Positions 20,373-30,633 of a stretch of DNA of 64,000 nt are shown here, piece after piece. The notes under the pieces are model-generated. The model ran no database searches. It was not told the DNA's origin and saw only the letters and a program-made list of their open reading frames with translations. Both the position numbers and the translations under genes were made by a program. Origin of the DNA: Alphaproteobacteria bacterium (GTDB lineage Bacteria; Pseudomonadota; Alphaproteobacteria; UBA828). The stretch covers positions 1,600,001-1,664,000 of the forward strand of contig CBDCCI010000002.1 in the NCBI GenBank assembly GCA_965214705.1, given 5' to 3'. Every line of letters starts with the position of its first letter. The first letter of the stretch is position 1.

Positions 20373-21179
20373 ATGTCCGACGGATTTCAATTCTACGACA
20401 TCATATTTTTCGCGCTAATCGCGATCTTCATTATCTTGCGCCTGCGCGGCGTTCTCGGCCGGCGAACCGGCCAGCATCGCCAGCGCCATCCCGATCGTTT
20501 CGCCCGGACCGAGCAGCCCCCTGAGGAAGGCCAGGGGCAGGGGCCGAGCCAGGGCCAGGGCGAGGTCGTCCAGCTGCCGGATCGCACCCGACCCGTGCGC
20601 GAGGCGCCGCAGGACGTGGCACCGCAGGACGAAGAACCGGAGCCAGCCGCACCGCGCCCGGCGTTCGCGGCCAAGAAGGAGGCGCCGGCGCGGGACGCGA
20701 CGGCGGACCGGGACGAGGCCATCGGCGGGCTCCGGGCCGGCCTGGAGCAGATCAGACGGGCGGACCACGAGTTCTCGCCGAAGCGCTTCGTTCAGGGCGC
20801 ACAGGCTGCCTTCGAGATGGTGGTGGACGCCTTCGCCAAGGGCGATACGGCAACGCTCCGGCCGCTCTTGGGCGACGATGTCTACGACGAGTTCGCGGCG
20901 GCCATCCGCGAGCGCATGGCGGACGGCCACGTTCAGGAGACCACCATCGTCGCCCTCGATGCGGCCGAGATCATCAGCGCCGAGATGCGCTCCAGCACCG
21001 CGCGGGTGACGGTGAAGTTCGTGAGCCAGCAGATCAATGTGGTGCGGGACAAGGACGGCGAGGAGGTCGGCGGCGACCCCAGCCTGATCGAGCGGGTCAC
21101 CGACATCTGGATTTTCGCGCGCAACACCCGCTCGTCCGATCCCAACTGGTCGCTGATCGAGACCACCATCCCCAATTGA
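20373..21179 (+). CDS. Tim44/TimA family adaptor protein
   Basis: DIIFFALIAIFIILRLRGVLGRRTG, FVQGAQAAFEMVVDAFAKGD, DIWIFAR...DPNWSL. Confidence 0.92.
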   Translation: MSDGFQFYDIIFFALIAIFIILRLRGVLGRRTGQHRQRHPDRFARTEQPPEEGQGQGPSQGQGEVVQLPDRTRPVREAPQDVAPQDEEPEPAAPRPAFAAKKEAPARDATADRDEAIGGLRAGLEQIRRADHEFSPKRFVQGAQAAFEMVVDAFAKGDTATLRPLLGDDVYDEFAAAIRERMADGHVQETTIVALDAAEIISAEMRSSTARVTVKFVSQQINVVRDKDGEEVGGDPSLIERVTDIWIFARNTRSSDPNWSLIETTIPN

Positions 21180-22387
21180 GCGCCATCCTTCGGCGCTGGT
21201 CGTGGCTGCTGGCGTTGGCCCCGCTTCTCATGCAGGCCTGCGCTCCCCAACCCGAGCGAGCCGAACCGGACCGGCTGGTGCTGCGTGCGGTCTCGTTCGA
21301 CGATTTGCCGGGGTGGGAGGCCGACGACCACAGCGCCGCGCTGGGGGCACTGCAACGATCGTGCACGGCGCTCGAGGAACGTGCCGACGACGAACCGCTG
21401 GATATCGCAGCGCTGGGCGGGCGCGTGGGCGATTGGCGCGCGATCTGCGCAGCCTCCGCCGGGTTGGAGGCTGCGGACCAGGCCCGCGAGTTCTTCGAGG
21501 CACACTTCGCGCCCCACGAGGCACGCAACGGCGCGGAGGCCGAGGGCCTCTTCACCGGCTACTTCGAGCCCGAGCTGCGCGGCGCGGCGCGGCCAGGCGG
21601 GCGCTACGCTGTGCCTCTCTACGCGCGCCCGCACGATCTGGTGACGGTCGATCTCGGGCTGTTCCGGCCCGATCTCGCTGGCGACCGGCTGGCGGGACGG
21701 GTCGCGGACGGTGCGCTGGAGCCCTACGCGACGCGGGCCGAAATCGACGGTGGCACGCTGGCGGCGCAGGGGCTGGAGCTCGTCTGGGTGGACGACCCCA
21801 TCGACGCCTTCTTCCTGCACATCCAGGGCTCAGGCCGGATTACCTTCGAGGACGGCACGAGCCGCCGCCTCGCCTACGCCGCCACCAACGGGCACAGCTA
21901 CTTCGCGATCGGCCGGCGGCTGGTCGATCTCGGCGCGCTCGACCGCGAGGACGTGTCGATGCAGACCATTCGGGACTGGTTGGCAGCGAACCCCGAGCGG
22001 GCGTCAGAGGTCATGCACGAGAACGCGTCCTACGTGTTCTTCCGCTGGCTCGAGGAGGAGCAGGCGACGGAAGGCCCGGTCGGCACCCAGGGCGTGGCGC
22101 TCACCGCCGGGCGCTCGCTCGCGGTGGACCGCCGCTTCGTGCCGATGAGCGTGCCGATCTGGCTGGAAAGCACCGCCCCCGACCCCGATCCCGCCAGGGA
22201 GGATCGCCCGCTCAGGCACCTCATGGTGGCACAGGACACGGGCGGCGCGATCCGAGGACCGGTGCGGGGCGACGTCTTCTGGGGCACGGGTGCCGAGGCC
22301 GGCGCGGTGGCCGGGCGCATGAAGCACGCGGGCCGCTACTGGCTGCTCCTGCCCCGCGGTCTCGACGTGAGCGCGCACCTGGACTAA
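21176..22387 (+). CDS. mltA: Membrane-bound lytic murein transglycosylase A
   Basis: Lipobox LMQAC, FTGYFEP, FFLHIQGSG, AQDTGGAIRGPVRGDVFWG. Confidence 0.94.
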   Translation: MSAILRRWSWLLALAPLLMQACAPQPERAEPDRLVLRAVSFDDLPGWEADDHSAALGALQRSCTALEERADDEPLDIAALGGRVGDWRAICAASAGLEAADQAREFFEAHFAPHEARNGAEAEGLFTGYFEPELRGAARPGGRYAVPLYARPHDLVTVDLGLFRPDLAGDRLAGRVADGALEPYATRAEIDGGTLAAQGLELVWVDDPIDAFFLHIQGSGRITFEDGTSRRLAYAATNGHSYFAIGRRLVDLGALDREDVSMQTIRDWLAANPERASEVMHENASYVFFRWLEEEQATEGPVGTQGVALTAGRSLAVDRRFVPMSVPIWLESTAPDPDPAREDRPLRHLMVAQDTGGAIRGPVRGDVFWGTGAEAGAVAGRMKHAGRYWLLLPRGLDVSAHLD

Positions 22388-22423
22388 CCTCCCGGTCCGT
22401 TTTCCCAAGCTGTAGAGCCGTCC

Positions 22424-23197
22424 ATGCCCGCTACGCCTCGCCGGGTCGGCCTCTTCGTGACATGCCTCGTCGACCTGTTCCGGCCGACGGTAGGCTTCGC
22501 TGCGGCGAAGCTGCTGGAGCGCGCCGGCTGCGAGGTGGTCGTGCCGAAGGCGCAGGTCTGCTGCGGCCAGCCCGCCTACAACTCGGGCGACCGCGCCGAC
22601 ACCAAGGCCGTCGCGCGTGACGTGATCGCCGCGTTCGAGCCCTTCGACGCGACGGTGGCGCCGTCGGGCTCCTGCGCCGGCATGATCAAGCGCCACTATC
22701 CCGCGCTCTTCGCCGGCGATGCTCACTGGGAGGCGCGTACCCAGCGCCTTGCCGAACGCACCTTCGAGCTGGTCTCGTTCCTGATCGATCAGTGCGGTGT
22801 CGAGACGGTGGACGCGCGCCATGAGGGCACGGTCACCTACCACGACTCCTGTTCGAGCCTGCGCGAGCTTGGGGTCCATGCGCAGCCGCGGCGCCTGCTC
22901 GGGACCGTGGATGGGCTGGAGTTGACCGAGCTTTCGGCGCCGGATGTGTGCTGCGGCTTCGGCGGTACCTTCTGCGTCAAGTACCCCGACATCTCCGGCC
23001 GCATGGTGGCGGACAAGGCGAAGGACATCGCCGCCACCGGCGCGGGCACGGTGCTCGCCGGCGACATGGGCTGCCTGCTCAACATCGCCGGGCGGCTGAG
23101 CCGCGAGGGCTCGGGCGTGAAGGCGCGTCACGTCGCCGAGGTGCTGGCAGGCATGGCTGACCGCCCGGCCATCGGCGAGCCCGCGCGGGGGCGCTGA
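22424..23197 (+). CDS. lutA: L-lactate utilization Fe-S protein LutA/LldE
   Basis: FVTCLVD, CCGQPAYNSG, YHDSC, CCGFGGTF (two CCG domains). Confidence 0.92.
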   Translation: MPATPRRVGLFVTCLVDLFRPTVGFAAAKLLERAGCEVVVPKAQVCCGQPAYNSGDRADTKAVARDVIAAFEPFDATVAPSGSCAGMIKRHYPALFAGDAHWEARTQRLAERTFELVSFLIDQCGVETVDARHEGTVTYHDSCSSLRELGVHAQPRRLLGTVDGLELTELSAPDVCCGFGGTFCVKYPDISGRMVADKAKDIAATGAGTVLAGDMGCLLNIAGRLSREGSGVKARHVAEVLAGMADRPAIGEPARGR

Positions 23198-23200
23198 GCC

Positions 23201-24619
23201 GTGGATGCCACCAGCCGCACCTTCGTCGCCAACGCGCGCGCCGGGCTGCAGGACGCCGATCTGCAGACCTCGCTCGCACGCTTCCAGGGCGGCTTTCAGG
23301 TCAAGCGGGCCGACGCCGCGAAGCGCCTGCCGGAGTTCGAGGCGTTGCGCGATGAGGCGCGCGCCATCAAGGACCACGTGCTGGCGCATCTCGACCACTA
23401 CCTGGAACGCTACGAAGAGCAGGTGACGGCGGCGGGTGGGATCGTCCATTGGTGCCAGACGCCGGAAGAGGCGCGCCAGGTCATTCTCTCGCTCTGCCGG
23501 GAGGCGGACGCCAAGACGGTGACCAAGAGCAAGTCCATGATCGCCGAGGAGATGGAGCTCAACCCCTTCCTCGAAGAGCATGGCATCGAGCCGGTGGAGA
23601 CCGATCTCGGCGAGTACGTGGTGCAGCTTGCCGACGAGCGGCCGAGCCACATCATCGCGCCGGCGGTGCACAAGACCCGGGACCAGGTCGCCGATCTCTT
23701 TCACGAGAAGCACACGCCGCTCGGTCGCACCCGCCGGCTCGAGCGCGTCGAGGAGCTGGTGGAGGAGGCGCGCGAGGTGCTGCGCCCGCGCTATCTCGCG
23801 GCCGATGTCGGCATCACGGGCGCGAACTTCCTGATCGCGGAGACCGGGTCCTCCGCCATCGTCACCAACGAGGGCAACGGGGACCTGACCCAGATCCTGC
23901 CGCGCATGCACATCGTGATCGCGACCCTGGAAAAGGTGGTGCCGACGCTGGAGGACGCGACCACCATCATGCGCGTGCTCGCGCGCTCGGCGACCGGGCA
24001 GGAGTTCTCCACCTACACGACCGTCTCGACCGGCCCGCGCCGGCCGGACGACGCCGACGGCCCTGAGGCCTATCACGTCGTGCTGCTCGACAACGGCCGC
24101 TCGCGGATGCTGGGCTCGGAGTTCCGGGAGGTGCTGCGCTGCATCAAGTGCGGCGCCTGCATGAACCACTGCCCGGTGTACGGCACGGTGGGCGGCCACG
24201 CCTACGGCTGGGTCTATCCGGGGCCGGTGGGCGCGGTGCTGACGCCCAACCTGATCGGCCTCGAAGAGGCGCGCCACCTGCCCAACGCATCGAGCTTCTG
24301 CGGCCGCTGCGAGGAAGTCTGCCCCATGCGCATCCCGCTGCCGGGGCTGATGCGCAAGCTCAGGGAGCAGGAGTTCGACCGGCGGTTGAACCCGGCGGCC
24401 GTCCGCACCGGGATCGGTGCCTGGGCCTGGCTCGCGCGGCGGCCCGCGCTCTACCGCTGCATGACCGGCCTCGGCATCCGCGTGCTGGGGGTGATGGGCC
24501 GGCGAAGCGGGCGCTTCACGCGGTTGCCGCTTGCAGGCGGCTGGACTGCGGCGCGCGACCTGCCGGCGCCCGAAGGGGCGACCTTCCACGCGCTCTGGCG
24601 CAAGGGGCGGCGGGCATGA
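23201..24619 (+). CDS. lutB: L-lactate utilization protein LutB/LldF
   Basis: KSKSM, ETDLGEY, CIKCGACMNHCPVY, CGRCEEVCP. Confidence 0.94.
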   Translation: MDATSRTFVANARAGLQDADLQTSLARFQGGFQVKRADAAKRLPEFEALRDEARAIKDHVLAHLDHYLERYEEQVTAAGGIVHWCQTPEEARQVILSLCREADAKTVTKSKSMIAEEMELNPFLEEHGIEPVETDLGEYVVQLADERPSHIIAPAVHKTRDQVADLFHEKHTPLGRTRRLERVEELVEEAREVLRPRYLAADVGITGANFLIAETGSSAIVTNEGNGDLTQILPRMHIVIATLEKVVPTLEDATTIMRVLARSATGQEFSTYTTVSTGPRRPDDADGPEAYHVVLLDNGRSRMLGSEFREVLRCIKCGACMNHCPVYGTVGGHAYGWVYPGPVGAVLTPNLIGLEEARHLPNASSFCGRCEEVCPMRIPLPGLMRKLREQEFDRRLNPAAVRTGIGAWAWLARRPALYRCMTGLGIRVLGVMGRRSGRFTRLPLAGGWTAARDLPAPEGATFHALWRKGRRA

Positions 24620-25320
24620 GCGCGGCAAGCGGTCGCGACGCCATCCTCGGCTCGATCCGCCGCTCGCTCGGCCGCGGGCCGCTGGACGATACGGCACGCG
24701 CTGCGGTTGACGAGCGCATCGCTCAACCGAAGCCCAACATCGTGCCGGCGCGCACCGACATTCCCCAGGACGAGAAGGTCGCGCTCTTCACCTCGATGGC
24801 CGAGGCGGTGTTCGCGACCGTAGACCGCGTTGCCGGCCCGGACGCAGTGCCGGGCGCGGTCGCCGACTACCTGGCGCAGCACAACCTGCCGCCGGCGCTG
24901 GTGATGGCGCCCGATCCCGCGCTCGACGCCTATCCCTGGGACGAGCGGCCCATGCTCGCCATCCGCCGGGGCCGGGCGGAAGAGGCCGACCGGGTCGGCG
25001 TGACCGGCGCCGTCATGGGCTTCGCCGAGACCGGCACCCTGATGATGACCTCCGGCTCCGAGCACCCCTCCACGCTCAACTTCCTGCCGGAGACCCACAT
25101 CGTGGTGCTGCCGGCGGAGAAGATCGGCGGCGCCTACGAGGAGGGCTGGGCACACTTGCGCGCCGAAGGCGGGTCGGACGCAGGCGGCGGCTTCATGCCG
25201 CGCACGGTCAATCTCGTCACCGGCCCGTCGCGCACCGCCGATATCGAGCAGACCATCGCGCTCGGCGCTCACGGGCCGCGCCGGCTGCACATCGTCATCG
25301 TGGAAGGCGACGAGTCATGA
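24616..25320 (+). CDS. lutC: L-lactate utilization protein LutC/LldG
   Basis: AETGTL, TGPSRTADIEQ, GAHGPRRLH; ATGA overlap with lutB. Confidence 0.92.
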   Translation: MSAASGRDAILGSIRRSLGRGPLDDTARAAVDERIAQPKPNIVPARTDIPQDEKVALFTSMAEAVFATVDRVAGPDAVPGAVADYLAQHNLPPALVMAPDPALDAYPWDERPMLAIRRGRAEEADRVGVTGAVMGFAETGTLMMTSGSEHPSTLNFLPETHIVVLPAEKIGGAYEEGWAHLRAEGGSDAGGGFMPRTVNLVTGPSRTADIEQTIALGAHGPRRLHIVIVEGDES

Positions 25321-25916
25321 GCGAGCGCGGCCGCCGTATACGGAACGAGGAGGCGGCGCTCTGGCAGCGCGTCTCCCGCGACGTGACGCCGCTCCCGCGC
25401 GGTGCCGTGGTGCTGGAAGAGGCGGAAACGCCGGAGGAGGAGGCGCCACCGCCGCCACCAGCGCCGAAGAAGATCAAGAAGCCCCGTCGTGCGGCGCCTG
25501 CGGCGACCCCGGCACCGCCCCCGCCTCCGCCGCTCCCCGAGCTCGACCCGGTGATGCCGGCCGGCCTCGACCGGCGCACCGCGCGGCGGCTGAGGCGCGG
25601 GCAGCTCGCGGCCGAGGCGCGGCTCGACCTCCACGGCAGGACGCAGGACCAGGCGCACGACGCGCTGCAGGACTTCATCGAAGAGAGCCGCATGGCGCGG
25701 CGCCGCTGCGTGCTGGTCATCACCGGCAAGGGCTCGGTCGCGAGCGGCAGAGGCGGCGTGCTGCGCCAGATGGTGCCGCGCTGGCTCAACGAGCCGGCGC
25801 TGCGCCGGCACATCATCGCCATCACCAACGCGCCCGAGAGCAGCGGCGGCGCCGGCGCGCTCTACGTGCTGCTCAAGAGCCGGGAGCCGCTCGAGCGCGA
25901 CAGTGGCGCCGGCTGA
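25317..25916 (+). CDS. Smr/MutS2-domain protein
   Basis: ARLDLHG, VLVITGKG, GVLRQMVPRWL, GGAGALYVLL. Confidence 0.92.
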   Translation: MSERGRRIRNEEAALWQRVSRDVTPLPRGAVVLEEAETPEEEAPPPPPAPKKIKKPRRAAPAATPAPPPPPPLPELDPVMPAGLDRRTARRLRRGQLAAEARLDLHGRTQDQAHDALQDFIEESRMARRRCVLVITGKGSVASGRGGVLRQMVPRWLNEPALRRHIIAITNAPESSGGAGALYVLLKSREPLERDSGAG

Positions 25917-26313
25917 GCCCGAGCCGGACAAACCGGAGCCCGGCGAGGTCGCCGACGGGCTCATCGCCTTCCTCGACCGGCTGGCGCGGCGGCTCGCGCT
26001 GGAGGTCCACACCCTCTGGCTGGTGTTCCGCCACCGCGAGACGCCCTGGCCGGTCAAGGCGGTGCTGATCTTGCTGCTGGCTTATCTCGCGAGCCCCGTC
26101 GACCTGATTCCCGACGTGATTCCCGTGCTCGGGATGCTCGACGACCTCGTGGTGGCGGCGGTGGCGCTCTGGCTCGCCTACCGGCTGACGCCGCCCCACG
26201 TGATGGAGGAATGCCGGGCCAGGGCGAGCGAAGCGGCGGAGGGAAAAGAGGGCTGGGTCTCGAAGCTCTGGCGCAAGCTCACCGGGCAGGCGCGCCCCAA
26301 TCGCGGGGGCTAA
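25903..26313 (+). CDS. YkvA/DUF1232 family membrane protein
   Basis: TPWPVK...AYLASPVDLIPDVIPVLGMLDDL. Confidence 0.9.
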   Translation: MAPAEPEPDKPEPGEVADGLIAFLDRLARRLALEVHTLWLVFRHRETPWPVKAVLILLLAYLASPVDLIPDVIPVLGMLDDLVVAAVALWLAYRLTPPHVMEECRARASEAAEGKEGWVSKLWRKLTGQARPNRGG

Positions 26314-26466
26314 CGGCCTCCGCCGCGGGCCGCGAATTGCACTGAAAGGTCACACCAATAGCCGCTCTTGTCATGACTGAAACCGTGGGGCAATTTGCCG
26401 CCGGTTCCGTCGGCCGTTCTGCCTCTGGCGGCTGAGGGAGGCGGGACGCGCGTTAGGGAGGAAAGG

Positions 26467-26895
26467 ATGCGACCGAATATCCCCGAAGAGACCGGTATTC
26501 AGCTCGATCAGGGCCGGGCCTCGACCGATGACTTCATCACCCGCACCTACGTGTTGCCGCTGCTCTCCGACCCGGCGACGCGGGCGAGGCTGATCGAGGA
26601 GCACCGCAACAATCCCGTCGGCAAGCCCGGCAAGGCGGGCAAGGCCGGCGTCGGCCACAGCCCCGATCTCATCACGGTGATCGACAAGCTGCGCCGCGCG
26701 CCGATGACCGGCAAGTACGTGCGAATCTGCACCAGGCCGCACGAGGAATACCGCATCGGCATCACCTCCGGCGTGCGCGGGGAGCCGGTGAAGATCCTGG
26801 AGGATGAGAGTTATCCGAGCGAGGACTCGTGCGAGCACGCGATCTTCGTGAAGCGCGTGCATGACCTGCTCGCGCTCTACGGCTACGACGCCTAG
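26467..26895 (+). CDS. N,N-dimethylformamidase small (alpha) subunit-like protein
   Basis: LIEEHRNNPVG...HSPDL...LRRAPMTGKY...EHAIFVKR; directly upstream of the large subunit. Confidence 0.8.
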   Translation: MRPNIPEETGIQLDQGRASTDDFITRTYVLPLLSDPATRARLIEEHRNNPVGKPGKAGKAGVGHSPDLITVIDKLRRAPMTGKYVRICTRPHEEYRIGITSGVRGEPVKILEDESYPSEDSCEHAIFVKRVHDLLALYGYDA

Positions 26896-26941
26896 GCGTC
26901 CGCTCCAGGCTTCAACTCAAGACTTAGTTGGGAGACACGAC

Positions 26942-29290
26942 ATGCTTCGGATCACCGGATACAGCGACCGCTACTCGATCCGTCCGGGCGATGACATCAC
27001 GTTCTATGTGAACTCCGAGAACGGCGAAGACTACGAGGCCAAGCTCGTCCGCCTGATTCACGGCGACACCAACCCCGACGGGCCGGGCTACAAGGAAGAG
27101 GAGATCGACGCGCCGTTCGACGGCAACTACACGGGGCGCAACCAGAAGATCCACGGCGGCTCCTACGTGATCGTGCCGCACAATGAGCGCATGTCCGTGT
27201 CGAGCTTCACCATCCAGGCATTCATCTTCCCGACCACGCCGACCAAGGGCCGCCAGGGCATCCTGACCAAGTGGGTGAACGACACCGGTTACGGCCTCTT
27301 CGTCGACGACGACGGCAGCCTCGCGGTCTGCATCGGCGACGGCAACCAGGTGCACAAGCTTTCGAGCGGCAAGCCGCTGCTGCGCAAGGTCTGGTACCTC
27401 GCCGCCGCCTCCTACGACGCCGACAGCGGCGAGGTGCGCCTCTACCAGGAGCCGGTGGTGACGTCCGCCAACGGCGGCCTTGGCATGGCGCTGCTGCATC
27501 CGGCGGAAGAGACCACGGCTGAGGTCTCGGACAGCTGCGACACCGGACCCGGGGCCAACGACGCGCCCTTCCTCATGGCGGCGTCGACGCAGGTCTCGGA
27601 TTCCGGCCGCTCGATCTGCGGCGCGCACTACAAGGAGGCGCTGACCCCGGTGGGGCTGCCCGAGCAGTGCGACACCTACAACGGCAAGATCGACCGCCCC
27701 CGGCTCTCGGACGCAGCCCTCGGCAAGCACGAGATCGACGCGCTGGCGCGGGGCTTCAAGGGCTGCCCGGCGGACCTGCGCCGGAGCGTGGTGGGCGCCT
27801 GGGACTTCCAGGCCAACATCACCAAGCACATCTCGTCCTCCTACATCATCGACACCTCGCCGAGCGTGTTGAACGGCTTTGCGATCAACCTGCCGGCGCG
27901 CGGCATGACCGGCTACAACTGGACCGCGGACGAGATCGTCTACCACCACGCGCCGGAGGAATACGGCGCGATCCACTTCCACGACGACGACATCGACGAC
28001 GCCCGGTGGGACGCGGACTTCAACTTCACGGCGCCCGAGGGGCTGAAGAGCGGCTTCTACGCCGCGCGACTCCGCATCGGCGGGGAGGAGTCGTCGGCGA
28101 CCGAGGACTACATCCCGTTCGTGGTGCGCCCGCCCAAGGACCAGCCCTCGGCGAAGGTCGCGGTGATCATCCCGACCAACAGCTACCTCGCCTATTCCAA
28201 CGACAACCTGGCGACCAACTCGGTGGTGGCGCAGCTCCTGGCCGGCAAGGTGCCGCTGATGCAGGCCTCCGACCTCTACCTCAACGAGCACCGCGAGTAC
28301 GGGCTTTCGACCTACTCGCTGCACTCGGATGGCAGCGGCGTCTGCTACTCGTCGCGGCTCCGGCCGATCCTCAACATGCGGCCGAAATACCGGCACTGGC
28401 TCTCGCCCTCGCTCTGGCAGCTCAACGGCGACCTGCACCTGACCGACTGGCTGGAGGCCGTGGGCTTCGACTACGACCTGCACACCGACGAGGACCTGGA
28501 CCGCGAGGGCGTGGCGCTGCTCAACCAGTACCGCGTGGTGCTCACCGGCTCGCATCCGGAGTACTCGTCCGAGGCCATGATCGACGCCTATGAGGCCTAT
28601 CAGCAGCAGGGTGGCCGCTGGCTCTACCTCGGCGCCGACGGGTTCTACTGGTGCAGCCAGTACCACCCGGACAACGGCAACATCATCGAAGTGCGCAAGG
28701 GCGAGGCCGGCACCCGTGCCTGGACCGCCAATCCCGGCGAGTACAACAACGCCTTCGACGGCAAGTTCGGCGGCATGTGGCGGGCGCGGGGGCGTATCCC
28801 GAGCAAGGTCTGCGGCCTCACCTTCACGGCCTACGGCTTCGACGTCTCCTCCTACTACCAGCGCGAGCCAGACAGCTTCCGCTCCGAGTGCGAGTGGATC
28901 TTCGAGGGCATCGGCGATGACGAGATCATCGGCGACTTCGGGCTGGTGGGCGGTGGCGCTGCGGGGCTGGAGCTCGACCGCTACGACCTCGAGTTCGGCA
29001 CGCCGCACCACGGCTACCTGCTCGCCCGCTCCGAGGGCCACACCGACCTGATGCTCCAGGTCAACGAGGAGATCCACTTCGCCTGCCGCGGCTACTACGG
29101 CGGCGGGCACGAGAACCCGCAAATCCGGGCCGACATGATCTATTACAAGACGCCCAACGACGGCGCGGTGTTCGGGCCCGGCTCGCTGGTCTGGTGCGGC
29201 AGCCTGTCGCACAACAACTACGACAACAACGTCTCTAGGATCATGGAGAACGTGATCAACGGTTTCCTCAAGGACGGGCCGCTGCCCTGA
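26942..29290 (+). CDS. N,N-dimethylformamidase large (beta) subunit
   Basis: GYSDRYS, VRLIHGDTNPDGPG, LamG-like region, YGAIHFHDDD, SYLAYSN, GLSTYSLHSDG, GSHPEY, AAGLELD. Confidence 0.93.
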   Translation: MLRITGYSDRYSIRPGDDITFYVNSENGEDYEAKLVRLIHGDTNPDGPGYKEEEIDAPFDGNYTGRNQKIHGGSYVIVPHNERMSVSSFTIQAFIFPTTPTKGRQGILTKWVNDTGYGLFVDDDGSLAVCIGDGNQVHKLSSGKPLLRKVWYLAAASYDADSGEVRLYQEPVVTSANGGLGMALLHPAEETTAEVSDSCDTGPGANDAPFLMAASTQVSDSGRSICGAHYKEALTPVGLPEQCDTYNGKIDRPRLSDAALGKHEIDALARGFKGCPADLRRSVVGAWDFQANITKHISSSYIIDTSPSVLNGFAINLPARGMTGYNWTADEIVYHHAPEEYGAIHFHDDDIDDARWDADFNFTAPEGLKSGFYAARLRIGGEESSATEDYIPFVVRPPKDQPSAKVAVIIPTNSYLAYSNDNLATNSVVAQLLAGKVPLMQASDLYLNEHREYGLSTYSLHSDGSGVCYSSRLRPILNMRPKYRHWLSPSLWQLNGDLHLTDWLEAVGFDYDLHTDEDLDREGVALLNQYRVVLTGSHPEYSSEAMIDAYEAYQQQGGRWLYLGADGFYWCSQYHPDNGNIIEVRKGEAGTRAWTANPGEYNNAFDGKFGGMWRARGRIPSKVCGLTFTAYGFDVSSYYQREPDSFRSECEWIFEGIGDDEIIGDFGLVGGGAAGLELDRYDLEFGTPHHGYLLARSEGHTDLMLQVNEEIHFACRGYYGGGHENPQIRADMIYYKTPNDGAVFGPGSLVWCGSLSHNNYDNNVSRIMENVINGFLKDGPLP

Positions 29291-29357
29291 CCCGGAGGAG
29301 GCGACACGACCGGCGGCAGGTTAACGCCGCCTCGGCCTGAGCGGAGAGAGTCTGCGG

Positions 29358-29744
29358 ATGAGCATTTCGGACAAGACCCGCAGCTCTCTCATGCCCATGG
29401 TCATGCCGCCGCCGGGCAAGAAGATGCTGCCGACTCGTGCGCAGGCGACCGCGCTGGAGGAGGCGCTGCTCGGCGACCTCGACCCCGACAAGCTCAACGA
29501 CCTTTCCGAGGTGCTGTTCGCGCTCAACGCCCACAAGCTCGGCCCGATCCCCGGCTTCTACGTCGTGGTCTGCACCAAGCCCGACGAGGAATGGTGCGTG
29601 GGCCAGCTTGCCGCCGACCGCGCCAAGCCGCTGATCATGTTCGAGGACATGCGCTTCGATAAGCCGGAGGCGGCGCTGGCTGCGGCCGAGAAGCTCAAGG
29701 CCGAGGACGACGCAGCGGGCCGGAGCCCAATCGTCACCGGCTGA
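29358..29744 (+). CDS. Hypothetical protein resembling the C-terminal half of the DMFase small subunit
   Basis: YVVVCTKPDEEWCVG...RAKP...FEDMRF aligns by eye with YVRICTRPHEEYRIG...RGEP...LEDESY of 26467-26895. Confidence 0.6.
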   Translation: MSISDKTRSSLMPMVMPPPGKKMLPTRAQATALEEALLGDLDPDKLNDLSEVLFALNAHKLGPIPGFYVVVCTKPDEEWCVGQLAADRAKPLIMFEDMRFDKPEAALAAAEKLKAEDDAAGRSPIVTG

Positions 29745-29778
29745 TGCGGAACGGCCCGGCTCAATCGCCTCGTAACCG

Positions 29779-30558
29779 ATGACTGCCGAGACGCGCCTCG
29801 CCAGCCTGCCGATGTACTGCGAGGACGAGGTTCGTCCCGCGACGGAGCGCTGGTGGGCGGGCCTTGCCCGGCACCTGCGGGAGTGCGGCGTGGAGGGCGT
29901 TCCCGACACGCTGACGTGGCCCGACGACTATCAGGGTCATTGGCGCTCGCCGGGGCTCCTGTTCAGCCAGACTTGCGGCTACCCCTACGTGAACGTTCTC
30001 GGCTCGGCGGTGAAGCTGGTCGCGACCCCCAGTTACGACGCGCCAGGCTGCGAAAGGGCCCGTTATGGGGCGCACGTCATCGTCCGCGAGAGCGCGGAGG
30101 CGCAGAGCGTCGCCGACCTGCGGGGCGCGCGGCTGGCAGCCAACGGCACGGGGTCCTTCTCGGGCTATCACGTCTGGCGGCACATGCTGCCGGCCGGCGA
30201 CGACCCGCCGTCCTTCTTCGGAGAAATCGTCGCCTCCGGCTCCCACCGCGCGAGCATCCGCCTCGTCGCGGCCGGAGAGGCGGATGCCTGCGCGGTCGAT
30301 TGCGTCACCCACGCATTGCTCTCCGACCAGGCCGGGGACGAGCTGCGCGGCACCCGGATCCTGACCTCGTCGCCGACCGCGCCGGGAATGCCTTACGTCA
30401 CCGGCGCCGCGACATCGGACGAGGACATCGCGAAGATGCGCGAAGGGCTCCTCGCCGCCATCGCCGATCCGGCGCTCGCGGCCGACCGCGAAGTGCTGCA
30501 CCTGACCGGCGCCAGTGTCCTGACGGACGAGGACTACCGGAGCGCGTTCCAGGGTTAG
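29779..30558 (+). CDS. PhnD/SsuA-like substrate-binding protein
   Basis: ASLPMY, LLFSQTCGYP, SFSGY, SGSHRASI..VAAGEADACAVDCVT. Confidence 0.85.
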   Translation: MTAETRLASLPMYCEDEVRPATERWWAGLARHLRECGVEGVPDTLTWPDDYQGHWRSPGLLFSQTCGYPYVNVLGSAVKLVATPSYDAPGCERARYGAHVIVRESAEAQSVADLRGARLAANGTGSFSGYHVWRHMLPAGDDPPSFFGEIVASGSHRASIRLVAAGEADACAVDCVTHALLSDQAGDELRGTRILTSSPTAPGMPYVTGAATSDEDIAKMREGLLAAIADPALAADREVLHLTGASVLTDEDYRSAFQG

Positions 30559-30576
30559 GGCCCTATCCGAGCAAAC

Positions 30577-30611
30577 GGGACCGTACCTCGTGGCCGTACG
30601 GTCCCTTGCTT
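30577..30611 (+). terminator. Putative intrinsic terminator
   Basis: 10-bp stem GGGACCGTAC/GTACGGTCCC followed by TTGCTT, just after the stop codon. Confidence 0.5.
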
Positions 30612-30633
30612 CCCATGCACTGTGGCCCGAGAG

